This document shows positions 23,880 to 38,317 of a stretch of 51,354 nucleotides of DNA, in pieces. The translations under genes were made by a program, and so were the position numbers. Source of the DNA: Limulus polyphemus (taxonomy: Eukaryota); NCBI RefSeq assembly GCF_000517525.1, contig NW_013665974.1, forward strand, positions 239,503-290,856, in the 5' to 3' direction. Under the pieces are notes generated by a model. The model did no database searches, had not been told where the DNA came from, and worked only from the letters and a program-made list of their open reading frames with translations. Position 1 is the first letter of the stretch. Every line of letters starts with the position of its first letter.

Positions 23880-25330
23880 TTATTTAGGGGTTCTCTTCAT
23901 TAACCCTTTTGCATCACGTACGTCAAAGTGTGCATGTTACAACCTTTTATAGAGTTACATTCAAAATTTAATAAAATTCCTTTTTATCAATGTATACCAA
24001 TAAACATAGCTAATAAATCAAATTTTAATATTAATTAAGATTTAAGTTCTTAATTTTATAAGGAAATATTTTTAAAAAATCCTCAATCTCCCCTAGTATG
24101 AAAATTTGCTCTCTATGTCTTCCCTGTTCTCTAATTTATTTATCACCCCTTAGAGGAGCATGGAATTTAATGTAAGTTACTCATTGTAATATACTTAATA
24201 CACAGACAAAGCACAATTTTTACCACCTTCAATCTTATTTAGTTATAGAGTCATAAACTATAAAAGCAGAACCCTCTTCCCACACCCACCCGTCAAATCT
24301 TCTCTTTCACAAATTGCAACAGTTCTCTCCCACATCTAACACTATATTATTTATAACCAATAGAAAGTCAAAGTTTCATTCATCAAATGATGTATTATGT
24401 ATCATTGTTTTCTGTACAGAAAATTGTCTATTTCGCTTTCAGTTCAAATTTTATTCCCATGGGAAACACATTGAGGAACTTAGCTGAATTTTTGACAGCC
24501 CCTTATTGCATAGTTAGAAAGCCAGAAAAATTATGATAGTCATAGGACATTGTCTGCTTTTATACATGTTATTATTCTGTGTTTTTAGGTGCAATATTAA
24601 ATTAAATAAAAAATTATTTAGTGTGGTAGTACCATTAGTATAAAAAAGCAGGCTTAAGTTTTGTTGACAATCGACAGCAGAGAAAAAGAAGACCCAGGTA
24701 AGCATTAAATTTCTTGTTTTTCATGCGTATTCTTTACTTATTGTTATAAAAGTAACTAAAATGTAAAAATTAGATAACTGTTAGGTTAGATTAGGTAAGA
24801 TAGAGATTAATAATAATAAAAATTATTCACAAGGTATGCTCATGAGCAACTCATAAGTAACTCGTGCATTACATAATTCGAAACGGTAACATGAATTACT
24901 TGTTTAACAAGTGATTTACAATTTGTGTGGCAGGATTATTAGTTAGACACAGTCCAAAAGACAATAAAACAATAAATTAAATATAAATAGATGTATACTG
25001 TTACAAGTGTTAAGCTACTTAAGATAAACAATTGTGGTTTCCTGTTACAATTTGCAGTCATTCCAGAACGAAGAAAGGGTAATTCAGAATTATTTCCTAA
25101 TTTTTTTATGGATTATGAGGTCAGTCAATTTGACTGACCCTGTATAGTTATAGTATAGAAAATAACAGATAAAAGTTTTTCTGGAAAAAATAAATAAACA
25201 TTTGATATTTATTTAGAAGATTTTAGGAATTATGCAAAAGAAATTTTAAAATTTTCAGATGACGAAAAGTATTTTTAATTTTAACAGGAAAATCACTTTG
25301 CACTTAGAGAAGTAAACACTTTGACACCAA
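23880..25330 (+). repeat. R1 copy, direct orientation, in MVP intron 4. Shares with copy 7080..9090 a TATA-like 'ctataaaa' and a conserved 'cag|gtaag' block
   Basis: Aligns block by block to 7230..8700. 'ctataaaagcag' at 24261 matches 'ctataaaatcgt' at 7538. 'cagcagagaaaaagaagacccaggtaagc' at about 24676..24704 matches 'cagcagaaaaaaataatactcaggtaagt' at about 7939..7967. Confidence 0.7.
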
Positions 25331-28300
25331 ATAATTAAGTTTTAGTAGAAATAATCACTTAAAAATGCTGAATTTTTTGTCTACAAAAGAATTTTAATGT
25401 ACACTGACAGCTTGCCAAATTTCATAAATATACATTAAGTACTTTACTTTCAAGGGCCTTAGCATGAACACCACCATGGTTACATAGTGGTACAAGGTCA
25501 TGTAAAATACACAAGTCCACTGCAATAGGGTTAAATTATATACAGTGATAGTTGTATCCATGGGTACATTACCAGTTTCTGGTCATATCTTGTTGTTGGG
25601 CAAAATAATGATGCTGCAATTACTTGTCATATGATTGATTTTGCAGATAGAGATTTAGAGAAGAATTAGATCACTTTCAATAACTGGGTGTGAAATCCAC
25701 GATACTATTCTTTCCACAAAAAAGAAAAAAAGAGGGAAAAATCAGCATCTTTCAAAGTTTGACACAAAAATGTATGGGTGGTTGCAGTAATAAACCAGTG
25801 AAAACTACTGGACATGGTATTTATCAATCTGTAGATTCCTTTTATAGTATAGAATATTATGTATGTGCTTCCTTTCAATCAAAATATATGACTCAATTCT
25901 ACTATCACACAATGCACACTTGAACTGATAAAACAACCAAACCACTCTTAACAGATTGTAGTCTGATGGTTTATTGAAAAAATAAACTAAAACAGAAAAA
26001 AAATTAAGCCGTCGGTGTGACTTTAGATTTTCCATACTGGGTGTGTATCATCTGAAGCAGACAGTACTATATACACAAAAACATTTATCTAAGGATAGAA
26101 TGATGACATGTTAGCGAGCAGTGAAAGATGATTTTCTGTGAGTAAATCTGATTTAAGTCAGTGTATGCTCTCTCTCTGGATTCAGTGTGACCAACCTGTG
26201 CTAGAGTTGTATTGTTTAATTCAAACAGGTGCAATAGTAGTGGAATAATTTGCATACACAGCATTATTAATGTGGTTCCCGAGTCTCAAATGGTAAAGGA
26301 ATAGAATTAGTATATGAATCTATTAAGGATGCTGTATCAATGAGGCTTCTGAAGTATTGGACAATGACAGAAGGAAGAATCAGAAAACTTAAAGAGTACA
26401 CAATAAATGAAATGTGACATTTATGGTATACGGTGAACACAATTTGTGGTTAGTCAAAGTATTCAAAAAGAAGGCAATCATTCCTACCTTAAAGACCCTT
26501 GTACTTTATGAGTACAAACAACAAACCATTCATACAGATCAAAAACACAGGAGTCACTTGTAGTGTTGCTTGTTCAAGAAGCTGTTTACAACATGCTTCT
26601 GTTCTGTTGCAGCTGTTTAAAGGCAAGCTAATATAAATTATTTTAAATTTTGTCATTTTCACAATATATATATCATATGGATTATTTGGAAAATGTACTA
26701 TAAAAATAGACAAAATCTGTAAATTTGATGGTGAGTTTCCATGCGAATTAGTGAATGCAAATATATTAATGAGTATTATATTCCAGTATTAGTTTCTTTA
26801 TATGCATAATAATAAAATTGTAAGAAAAATAATATAAACTTGAACAACTTGTGATAGTCTTCTTTTTTCCATATAACATTCACAATTTTACAGTTTAATA
26901 AGGATCTGTCTACAAGATATTACAGTTTGGCCCCAAACTTTTGAAATTGTATTATCCAAATTGTTATCTGCATATATAATAGTCAATGTTTGTCTGTCTG
27001 TCATGCTCTGTATCTCCTGAACAGTTAATCATATAAAAAAATTATATATATCAAAATGCTTCTTTTCAAGAGTATATTAAAAGAAAATTATCCAATTTCT
27101 TGCAATTTGTAAACTTTCATATCGACATCAACATCAATCTGTTAGTCTTTGTATATGCTGAATGGTCAATCTGAGAAAAAACTTAAGAACTAAAATGTTT
27201 CTTTTTGTGAGGGAATTTCATGAAAAAACAAGATTCCCTCCATCAACTGACTGAAGGAAATATTTTGATGATAGGAGCGTGAACAGAAAAGAGCATAAAG
27301 AGAGAAATGTGTTTGAGTATATATTTGTTGTTATATACACATATATATATATGTATATAATTTTTATTTTTTTCATGTTAATATCATATACATGCATGAT
27401 TTTATTCCACCATGTCAAATATAATGCTTTGAATTAAATATCTACCCATGGATGCTTCTTATAGAAATGACCACTGTCAAAAAGCACTCAATTTGGTAGC
27501 AGTTTTTTCTTGCACACAGTAAAATGACAAGGAATGGTGGCATCAAGTGGAAAACATCCCTGCAGCTAGATAGTGAACCTGAGTGCTCTACTGTGCTTCG
27601 TACACCCACTGCATTGAAACCCAAATGTTTTTGCCAACAGTGCATTGTAGTTTGCAAAAAAACAAAGCAATGCAATTTTCCCTTACTAAAATAACACATG
27701 CTAAAATGACAAAAGATGTTTGTAAATGGTTGCTTTAAACCAAGCATTGGGTTAAATGCACATTCTTTATTTATTTGTCACTACTTTTAGGTAACTTACT
27801 ATTTGAATTATTTCAATGGGTATCTGCTAGTAAAACTTAAGAAGTCAATTTAACCTCTAATAACAACATAATAAATATGGCAATATCTACTCAACAACTC
27901 ATAGAAGGAAGCTTATCATGTATTATTAAATATCATTTTTGGTTTCATCCACCTAAGTTGACCTCAGATATTTTTTCTTTCAGACCACTGGGTGTTAAAT
28001 ACATTTGCTAAAACCTACAATAAAATACAGCCTTTAAGAAAGTAGACTTACCCTCTACATATATCGAGTTATTGGACAGCTTCTGTGATTTATCTACTTA
28101 ATTATCAATATCTTAATAACATAATTGTTATTCAAAATGCCAAAGGAATAAGTTTTTGCCATGCCTGTTGAATACAGTTGTTAATGAATATATTTAAAAT
28201 TGTTTGTTTGTAATTAAATACCCAATTTAAAACGTGTGAGAGAATACAACCTGTTCTGTACCAATCAAGATGTATAATTTGACAACCACTTATAAAAGCC

Positions 28301-28626
28301 ATCTTGAAATTCTATACATTAATTACTATTAGTCATTTCAGTTTATGTTTTGTTCTCTCAAGGTGGAGGCATGACGTGTATATTATGGTTAGATTACTAC
28401 ATAATACACTAAATAATCATTTAATGATTATCAAATTCAAACATTAGTTGTCTTTGTTTGTTCAAATCTCAGAATGAATATACTCTTAATTTAATGGTAC
28501 ATTTAGGACACAAATTAGTTCACACCAAATTACTTACACATGGGTAAAGGACTTTCATCACATTAATAAATACAAAGTAGGACTAAACAAATATTCAAAT
28601 TTAATACAAGTACTCAAAACATTCAC

Positions 28627-28853
28627 CTTTTCTGTCAGAACATAGGCATCAACAATTTCTACAATTTCTTCATAGGCACCTGGTAAGTAAGCACCTGTTT
28701 TCCTGACTAGCCATTCTTCTCCACAGAACCTCATTTTACCATCTCGATCTCTTGTCTCTGTGCGAGCACGAAGTTTAAGGGCCTGGTTTGGTTTAATAAC
28801 ACAAGCTTTCACTGTTTCCAAAACTACAACTTCCTTACGAGGAATGTAGGTCC
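28627..28853 (-). CDS. MVP: MVP coding exon 4, 227 nt, phase 1 to 0. (G)[75 protein letters not shown]
   Basis: Acceptor gataatag|GG completes G+GG=Gly. Donor AAG|GTGAAT. Matches human '[57 protein letters not shown]...ILTEK'. Confidence 0.9.
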
Positions 28854-31311
28854 CTATTATCAAATTAGTTCAAACAATAACATTAAACTCAATGTTGTGG
28901 CAAAAAAAAAAACTCTTACGTTAATAATGCAATAAAATATATCACAACAAATACTTGTATATAAAATCATGTTTGACTGATATTTTTTTCATATTTCTTT
29001 TAATTAGTTAACTGCAAGTTTCAAATCTCTCTTTTGTCTGCCTTAAGTCACTTCCCAAGAGGCTTTTCATTTAATGCCAGATACTATAAGCTAGTTGGAT
29101 ATATGGCAACTAAAAAAATTCAAACTCTGAAAGAAAAATCATATTTATATATTTCTCCCTTGTAGTTAATATTGTAAACTTCATTATTTTACAGCGTATT
29201 TTACGAAAGAATACCTACATATTATATACAACTATGCTGAATTCTGAAAACACTATTAGTCATGTGCTTCACTATATAACATATTTTGTTTGATTTTCCA
29301 AATCAGTATTTCTAAAATATCAGTAAAGATGCATCAGTATGAAATACACAGGAATATTACATATATACTGATTGTTTCACCTATTGAGAAATTTTACATT
29401 CATGCTGTTTTAAAGGTAAAGTCTGTGGTAGACTAGAACTATAGATTTTCCAAAAATTATCAGGAAGGCAGACCTGCAAGGAACTACAGATTCCTTCAGG
29501 AAGTAAGGAGAGTGATTCTGATATATTACTTAATTAAGTCTTCCATTTTGTGTAGAATAATGAGACTGAAAAAACAATCTATATTATTGAACAAACACAA
29601 GAAAATGCAGCATATATACTTGTGCACCTGAAAAAAAAAAACTTCTATTAGACTGCAGTGCTGTAGTACAGACCTCGATGTCCGAGACCTTAGAGACCAA
29701 GATCTTGTAATAAATTACACAAGGAAAAAAAAAGCAAGAATAAAAATTGCATGCAGCAAACAAACTTTATTAACATCTTAACCACAAATATTTTACATGT
29801 TAACCTCACAGGCTTTGTTTTAATGTCTCTTTCTGTGAAAAAAATAAAAAAATTATAATGAATGAATAAAAAAAATATTAAAAAGGTCAGCAAATAAAAC
29901 AAAAGAAAAAAGAAAAACTACTGTTGTTTTTCAAGAGCTTATGGTGTCAGTGGATTCTTTATGATCATTGAAGCCAAACAGGATCATAGCAGATCTACTA
30001 GACTTGTTTCAATATCAAGGATATTCTGTTAACGTAGATATGTGCACCAGATGAAGTTCATACAAACTTGTAGTAAGCCTATGTGTATTGCAATGTATAG
30101 TAACAATTATTTCTGAATAACAAATGTTATAACTACAGATTGATGTATAGGCAATATAGCAGTTGGTGATGTAATCAAAAATAAGGGAGGCACTATAAAC
30201 ATCATTACGAAGGTGTAGTACCAACTACCAAGGGGTTTTACTTGCAAAACATCTTTGATGCTATCCTGTGCCTCATATGAAGTGCTGTGTAATCGATATT
30301 CAGTGCTTAACAATCCTGGGTAGGTCTAAGTACTGGTAAAACTTTTATATTTAGCTTGTCTCATTTTTGAGACTTGTAAAACAGCGATATCTAAATGGTC
30401 CAAGATCTTCCAAAGGTTGGTCTTGAGACCTAAAACACTACTAGACTGTACTTTATCCCACAACTTTCTCTCTCTTGAAATTGAATTCTGTAGAACTAAA
30501 CACAATAACCCTAAACGTAAGTCTTCACTCTATAACCTTCTTGTAAAACTTCCTAAAGAAATCGCGCCCGAATTCAACATGTAAATTCACTTGTTTTTTT
30601 TGTCTAGTTCGCAGTTCATCTTGTGAGCTTTGTTCTCTTACTGCACTGATCAGCTGTTACATTTAGACATTATTATGCTCTACCAGGAAAAAAATATTAC
30701 AATGTACTTTTATCCTGGATTCTACATATTACTGCAATATCCTCTCAGGCAGAATAGACATCACCTACTAAAGAGCAAAGAAAGGAAGTAAGTAGAACAA
30801 AGTAATGTTACTAACTTTCTGGACTATGTGTTGTGGCCATTATAACACAGTAACTAAATAATAAAAAATGTTTTTCTTTAAATTTATATATAAATAAATC
30901 AAGTAGAAAGCATATGATATATCTGCCTATCACAACCCTATAAGAAAATGGTAAACACACACAGAAGTTATTAATGAATAGTTTGCACAAAACAATGAGT
31001 GTGATTTACTACTTTAATGAAGTTTTCAATATAAGTCTATTTTTATGGCAGCTACAGAAACTAGTAAAATTTTTTTCAATCTTACAACAACTTGTACTGA
31101 TAATATTTGTAGAAATGATACTTATCATACATATCATGAAATCTTTAAGTTTGAGAAAAAACATTATTTATAATTTCAAAGAACTTTTTAGTATGAAACA
31201 CCCTTACACTACTTCTAAAACACTGTATATATATAATTAATTTTAAATATGCAACAACATATGCATTATTTTCATTCATATGTAATACCCATATTAAAAA
31301 CTAATTTCTAC

Positions 31312-31432
31312 CTGGTCCTTCGAATAACCATTCATCGCCAGCAACTTTCTTGTCATTACTATCTTCAAAATCTCTCAGTGCCTGTAATCTAAGGGCTGTG
31401 TTTGACGGCACAACTTTCAGAAGTGTAACATC
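31312..31432 (-). CDS. MVP: MVP coding exon 3, 121 nt, phase 0 to 1. [40 protein letters not shown] + G
   Basis: Acceptor tttttag|GATGTT, donor CCAG|GTAGAA. Matches human '[42 protein letters not shown]'. This exon has no entry in the supplied ORF track and was found by direct translation. Confidence 0.85.
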
Positions 31433-34400
31433 CTAAAAATATCACACCAAAAACATACATTGTACACATTAATGTTTTATTCTGTGTGTTTTAACTAAAT
31501 ACTAAAGTCTAGAAAACTTGGTACAAGTTAACTGTTATTGTTAGACCAACAAAATACTGTGCTACCCTCCTTTCTTAAGAAAATACCTTTACATAGATAA
31601 TTTCGAATCAAAAAGTGTGCATTAACAGAAAATCATCAGAGTGTAATTAACACAGAACTGTCTTAATATAGCATATTTAAGATTTAATGATTTATGTATC
31701 ATCTTGCTCAAGATCTAGAAATAAAACATTACCTTTTTAAGGAAAGCAACAATATTGTACAATTGAAAAGAACAAAATCAGATGTAATTGTGCCTTTGGA
31801 ATTCACTAGTATACAGCATGAAAAAATGTCACCATGGAATGATCATATTTTGTGATCAGTTGACACTTTACCTTCACTGTTCAATGAAATTGACCAAAAT
31901 CCCTAACTGAATTTCCCATTACAAATTTATAATTATTTTTTTATATAAATCTGGTATGTACATTTAATTTTGATTTACTGTACCACAATCAAAGGCTTAT
32001 TAAGGTTAACTGGCACCCTAGGCCCATAATTTTAGATGTGTCCTTTCCTTTTTGAATGACTAACCAGCAAAATTATCCAACAACATAAAAACAACAATAA
32101 ATGAAAATGCAAAAAATTCCATGTAAAGTTAACATTTTCCTTAATAAAAATGTATTTTTGATAGATACTCATCTCCATACACAAAAAGTGATTTTCCTCT
32201 TGAAATCGAGCTAATCTGCCTGAGAGACTTCCATGCCACCAGCCTTGTGAAAATTCCCACTTAAAATTCATGTGAAATTGCGCTACTGCATGATGACGTA
32301 TCATGTAGAAAAATCCTCCACCAATAGTAGTGCAACACACCTCCTTGCGCAAATGCTCCCTCTATATTCGCATGCAAAATATGTCATTCTTTGAAGAGAC
32401 AACAAATGAAGGTGCACTGGGAAAGTAAGGAGGATGGGTGCAAAGATGTATGGAGGTTAGTATCTATCAAAATACACTGCTCAAGTTATTGCACTCTGGA
32501 TCCAAGTCTTGAAAGCCTACTGATTAATACACCCCTTAACACAATATCTAATGAAAACTCAAGAAAATTAACACTTCAAATAATAACAAAACACTCCATC
32601 ACTGATTTAGGAAGGAACATGCTTTGATGTAGTAATTTTCATTGTGATTTTTTTAAAGATTTAAAAAGATTGAGTATGTTATATTAAAATGATTTTGAAG
32701 CTTCATCATATCACTACAGTTCATGTAACCAAGTCCTGTGATGCTCTAACTGATAATTCTGAATTTTGACAACAACCCTGCAGCATAGTTTTCATTGTAA
32801 AAGGCTGAATCATAAGGCTGTCATTTCCAAAGAATACCATACCTCTTTGCTTGCTTTCCATAACCCATCCAGTGTATGAAAATGATGGTTTCCAAGTGGC
32901 CATTTAAACAGTTTGATTGTCAGAAACCTATAAGCACTGCATCCAGCAACTTGACCTATATGTCTACATATAAAATAGCACAAAAACCCATTTCATTCTC
33001 CAGCTGCTTGAGGTATTCAACAGTTGAATGGGAGGTATGACAGGAAGCCTTATATTGGTGAACACATAACCAGATGGCCTTGTTTTCATATAGAGATCCT
33101 TTTTTATAATATTGTGTACTGTTTCCTGGGACATATGGACAGCTTTTTAACAATTACCTTTGTGTTAGTGGATTCTCACTTGTTACAAGATGCTGTGCTT
33201 TGCTTACCATGACTGGGATATGACTTGTTGCAAGTCTCTTTCTAGATAATCATGGTCAGTTGATCTGTATTCTTTTGCTTTCCAATGGCATTAAGCACAA
33301 GAGATATTCTCATCTTGGAAATTCTACATCCCCAATCTGAATACATCTATGTAATCTTAGTGCATGTAAATTTTGCATCAGAAAGGCCTGTAACATACCC
33401 TTCCCAAAAGCAGTCAAATATCATTGGCATCTACCTACTAAATGTCATACAATTTCAAAATATAGTTTTTTGTACAAGCTGTTCCACCACAAATTTACAT
33501 CAGCTGTGGTTGTAAGGTGACTTGCTTATTTCAGATTCAAAATCATATTAATATAAAATACTCAACCCTCTGTATAAATAATAAATAAATACAATGAGTA
33601 AAAAAAAATCACATTTTATCAGGCAGGACACATTATTGGAGAATTTACAGAAAAATATTTAGTTTAACATATATAAGAAATGTAGTCTGTGCTTATTTTC
33701 ATATGCTTCAACCAAAGTGAAGAATTATTAAGAATGAGCATATTTTTGTCATATGTATAACAAAAATAATAGATTATTGTATAATATAAGAATTTTCATG
33801 GTTATATGCAACTTGAGATTGAGAAAAATAAAGTTGCAACAGAATCCTTAAATACAAGTTGTTATCTTTTACACATAAAATGACTTAGTTCTTAGGATGT
33901 TTCAGAAAACAAATTTCATAATCGAAACAGAGACTTTATGGTGTAGAATGCCTTAGCTGATAAACAACAAACCTTAAGAATAATGTGCATTTGGCATAAT
34001 ATCACAATAAGACTAATAATAATTTAAATCACATCATTATTTACTGTTCCAGTGTGAGTCTCCAGTAAGAAGAGCATATGACAGTACTTCAACTATGCCT
34101 TTTATTGCATGACTCTGTTGGATTACATTGTTAAAATATACAAAGCCTTGATTGAAATATTACCTACATTTAACAGACAACAATTTTTTCCTTATGAAAG
34201 TTTAAGCATGACATTTAGTTTCAATAGATATAGATCACTACTAAACTAAATGTCATGCCCTGCCAAAAGAAGACACTCAACACCTTACAACATCCTGTCT
34301 CATGAACAATTAATTTAACATTGAGTGAAAGGCCTCATCAGCAGCAACATACAATGAACAAGGTGTAGCCAAAATCTGTTATACTCTCTCTTTTTTTTTA

Positions 34401-34619
34401 TTGGAAACCTATATTGAACCAGTAGTGATTAATGTAATTTAAAATATTATCACTCTAATCATAAACATACATTTCTACTAGAAAACATTTAGTTTTTTCA
34501 AAAATGTTGATTCCTGTTTTATCAATTAAAAAAAACAAAAGCCCTGCTCATTCTACATTATTTTATGCAAGAATTACATGATCTTATACATTGAAGTATT
34601 ATTATAAAACTGTTATTAC

Positions 34620-34815
34620 CAAGTGTAGGATTTCTCCAGGGTATAGAGGAAATGGTTCTTGCTCCAATCTAATTTCCAGGTCTGCATGTTGCAGCTTAAC
34701 TAGGCCAGCTGCATCATACTGTATTGAATGATCATCTCCACGCACAACAGGGTTTTGTATGACACAGTAGTGGCGTGGTGGTACTATTACCATTTTATCA
34801 GGACCAAGAATTACC
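34620..34815 (-). CDS. MVP: MVP coding exon 2, 196 nt, phase 2 to 0. (R)[65 protein letters not shown]
   Basis: Acceptor ...caataaag|G, donor TTG|GTAATA. Matches human 'VLFAPMRMVTVPPRHYC...[26 protein letters not shown]'. The first G completes AG+G=Arg. Confidence 0.85.
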
Positions 34816-35089
34816 CTTTATTGTAAAACATGATGGTTAAAATATAGCATTTGCTAAAATTTCCTGTTTTATTACAGTCTTTGTAAATATATAGAGAAAG
34901 ACATACATATTCTTATACATGTAGACACACACACAAACATAGTCTTATATGTGTAGAGAAAGGTTAATATCACAAAATAATAAGTTTAAGGTACATTTCA
35001 GTTCATTTCTGCAACATTACAATTAAACTGATTAGCTATCTGTTAATCAGTTTAATGCATACTAATGTTTACTATAATTTTAAATTTAC

Positions 35090-35410
35090 ATGTATCTGCA
35101 CAAATTTGGCAAGCTTTTAGTAAATATTACAAGGCTGTTATCTGTAAAAAAAACCTGTTTTTGTATTTTAATAAAGTATTTTTCAAAAGATTTTTTTCTG
35201 TGAATTTCCAAAGCCTCTCCTGAGTCAACTTGAGTAAAAGATGATTTTCATGCTAAGAATAAAAATACTTGTTATTATCTAATTTTATTACATTTCCATA
35301 ATCTCTAGAACCTCCTTAATGAATATCTAAAGTTTCTTTTCTGCAAAATGTTATTATATTTTCTCTACCCTAGCACTAACTGTAGTGAAACCGTCAATGT
35401 ACGGTGAAAT
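35090..35410 (-). repeat. R1 partial copy, inverted, in MVP intron 1
   Basis: Aligns to 22600..22920 and therefore, in inverse, to R1 8400..8700 ('aaatttggcaa.cttt.agtaaa', 'gattttcatg.taaga.taaaaatact', 'ttctctaccctag'). Confidence 0.65.
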
Positions 35411-37239
35411 GAAAAGCTTAAAAATACAAAATAAAACAAATAATATCATTTTTCCTCTGCACTAACTGCAGTATTGATAAGAAAGTTTCAAATTACTTAA
35501 TAGTTTCAACCATTAGCCTTTTCCAGTTTCCTTTTAATTTCATGGTCTTATTGCTGTTTTTTTGTACCCAGTGGAGCAATAATCCCTGCATCAAAAGCAA
35601 AAAATCACAGCAGAAATCATTTAGCTATTTCCTGTAAAGTTAACTTAAACACCACATGGTTGTCACATGTAATTTTACACATGAGCTCAAGCATGTGAAC
35701 TTAAAATGTTTTACTGTACTAAAGTTTTGTTATGCTAAGCTAAGAAGTTTCTAATTTTTTCATTTTAAATACTTTTATTACAGAATATATAATATTATAT
35801 ATGAAAACAAGGACCTGTTACTAACAATGTTAATACCCATGCATACTCGAGCTTGTTTACACTTGAGTAAAAACAGACATTCTTCCATAAGCCTCAATCA
35901 GTCTCACAAATTTAGACTTTTAGAAAAGAATTCATGTGCTTTCAAATATACATTTGAGAATAAAAAAATTACCAGTCACTAGAACAGAATGTCCTAATCC
36001 TAGAATATTTTATCTAGCTTTCTTAGTAAGCTATAAATAAGTAATAAATAATTTAATATTCAGAGCAGCAAAGTATACACATCACATATCAAGTAATTTG
36101 GCTGACTAACAGTTTATGTTGGGAAAACTAAACAACAACTTATAAAATTTGTGTATAGGAGAACCTACTTTTTCTATTGGTTATAAACATGTCCATCAGC
36201 TATGTACAATTGATTAGAAAACAATCTTAAAAGTCAGAGAGAGGAGGGGTCTTCTCTGATGGGTTTGACATCTTTAATGGTATCTCAACAAGTCAAACAG
36301 GTAGTGTTATCAATGATTGATTATCTCAACACTCTGAATTACAACTGGGCAATCAGCAGAATCTGCTAATAAATTCAACATTTGGCTCCTTCATCAATTA
36401 CATTCAACTAACTGATTACTCTCTTAAAAAAGTAATCTTCCTATTTTCAGCTTGTTTTGAGTTTTTTATTGCCATTTCTAAATTAATGTATTTATCTCCG
36501 CTAACAAAAACCTTTCTTGATTTATATTGCCCTCTATCTGAACAAATGTTTGCTTACCACTAACCTCGATACTCCCACTTACTCTGGTGTATGTTAACGT
36601 GAGATATCTGCATACTAACATGCAAATGATTATGCTGCAACCCTACACCAATAGGAGTACAACATTACCCCTACCATATCTAGTACTCTCTCCAATCATG
36701 CAGCCGTTAACCACTTTGAGATTGGTCATATCACACCAAACCCCACCAGAAGTGTAGAGGACAGGTGAGAAATGTGAGAGGAGGTAAGTATCTATGGGAA
36801 ATATATTTTCAGTCTAAGAATATGTTAACTTCTGATATCTTACCTCCTCTCACATAAAGCTAGAATCCTACACTGAACAGGTGGAGGACCAGTGAGAAGA
36901 TGATTCTTCTTTAGGAAGTGCCCAAAGGAAAACCACGGGTTGTGAGAAGGAACTATAAACAACACAACCATGGGAGGCACCACTCCTGAGCCAAGTATAC
37001 TCATTGCCTGTGAGTAAAGTGTCATTAAATGGGTGGAAACAAAGGAGGGAGAAAAATTACATAAATAATGGGACCCTTGGTGCAGAGTGGCAAGGGAGCA
37101 ACAGATCGTAAAAGGGAGTTTGACCCCAAACAACACCTGGCAACATCTTGAATTGTACATAAGGCTTGCGGTAGGCAAAAGGTCTTCTACCTTTCACCTA
37201 AAAAATGTTACCAGCAGGGAAGAAAAGCTTCAGTACCAA

Positions 37240-37690
37240 CAACCCACAGGCACACACCTCTAAAACCAGATCCACCAGGAACTGAAATCCAGCTAATGGT
37301 AGGAAGGAGAAGGGCCCAGTTTGGTGTTCTTCTCCAGTCCAAAACCTGGCAGCATTGGTAATTTTTGAAAATGATAGAAGGTGGGTACCAAACCTCACAC
37401 CTGTGGAAATTCCTGTGTCTCATCCAGCTCCAACCAACACCAGATCTACAGGGAACCAACATCCAGTGGACAGTAAGAAGGGGGATGGCCATATGGGTTT
37501 ACTTGCATCTCCAGTCCAAAACCTTGTGGCATGGCAAATTTACCATCCAGTCCGCAGTAGGAGGAGGGTAACCATCCAAACACATGTGAGGACTTGTTTG
37601 GCTGGTCCAGCTCCAACCAATACCAGATCCCCAGGAACCGACATCCAGTAGATGACAAGAAGGAGGGTGCCTCAGATGGAGGAGGCAAAC
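37240..37690. repeat. Internal tandem repeat of about 2.4 copies of a 183-bp unit inside the DIRS-like block
   Basis: 'ccagctccaaccaacaccagatc' restarts at 37424 and 37607. The unit 37424..37606 aligns along its length with 37240..37423. A ~50-bp motif 'caacacctggcagcatctggaattgtaca.aggtcc' also recurs at about 37128, 37338, 37510, 37724, 38037 and 38316. Confidence 0.7.
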
Positions 37691-38317
37691 TGCAATATAT
37701 ATATATATAGCAAAGTGCTACACCCAACACCTGGTGGCATCTGGAATTAGACATCAGTTCTGTAGTAGGAAGGGCATCATACCATCTACACTGGAAGAGT
37801 GCCACTGCTCTACTCTCAACTGAGTGGTATTGTGCACACTCAGGAGGACAGGCCTCCATGGTCTACCACCCTAGTAGCTAGAAACTGGTAAGTGGCAAGG
37901 ACTCCCATACTCTAGAAGGAGGAGAGAAATAATGCATTGGAGAGTCTGAAGGACTGCAACACTAGAGACAAAGCAATGGGTGACTGAGATACCCTATATA
38001 GAAAAGCAGATCAATGATGTTGATGGAGTGCATTATCCTACTCCTGGTGGAATCTGGAATTGTACATCAGGTCCATGGCCGGACAAGCATCAAATGCTAC
38101 AGATCATCAGAGGTGGGCAACAATCCCTGTCTGCTTTACTCATGTTAGTCCATGACTTTTAAGTCTGGGACGAACATATTTCTGAAGCAAAAGACCATGA
38201 GGTACACCTAGGAGCAGTCTTGCAGAACACTCTATCTCCACGGTGGGCATAAAATGACCTGGATATATTTTAGGAAATTGTATTTTGAAAGCCTAAGGAA
38301 CACAGTGACAGAGTCAA

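Noticed and set aside
32032-32352. 106-aa minus-strand ORF in MVP intron 2 as a possible extra MVP exon
   Set aside because: The MVP reading frame is already continuous from exon 2 to exon 3 across this intron. The translation ('HHAVAQFHMNFKWEFSQGWWHG...') has no MVP similarity and no splice-site support.
37355-37651. Plus-strand 98-aa ORF inside the DIRS-like block as a second element gene
   Set aside because: It spans the 183-bp tandem repeats and translates to low-complexity Pro/Thr/Arg-rich sequence. It is an artefact of the repeat structure.
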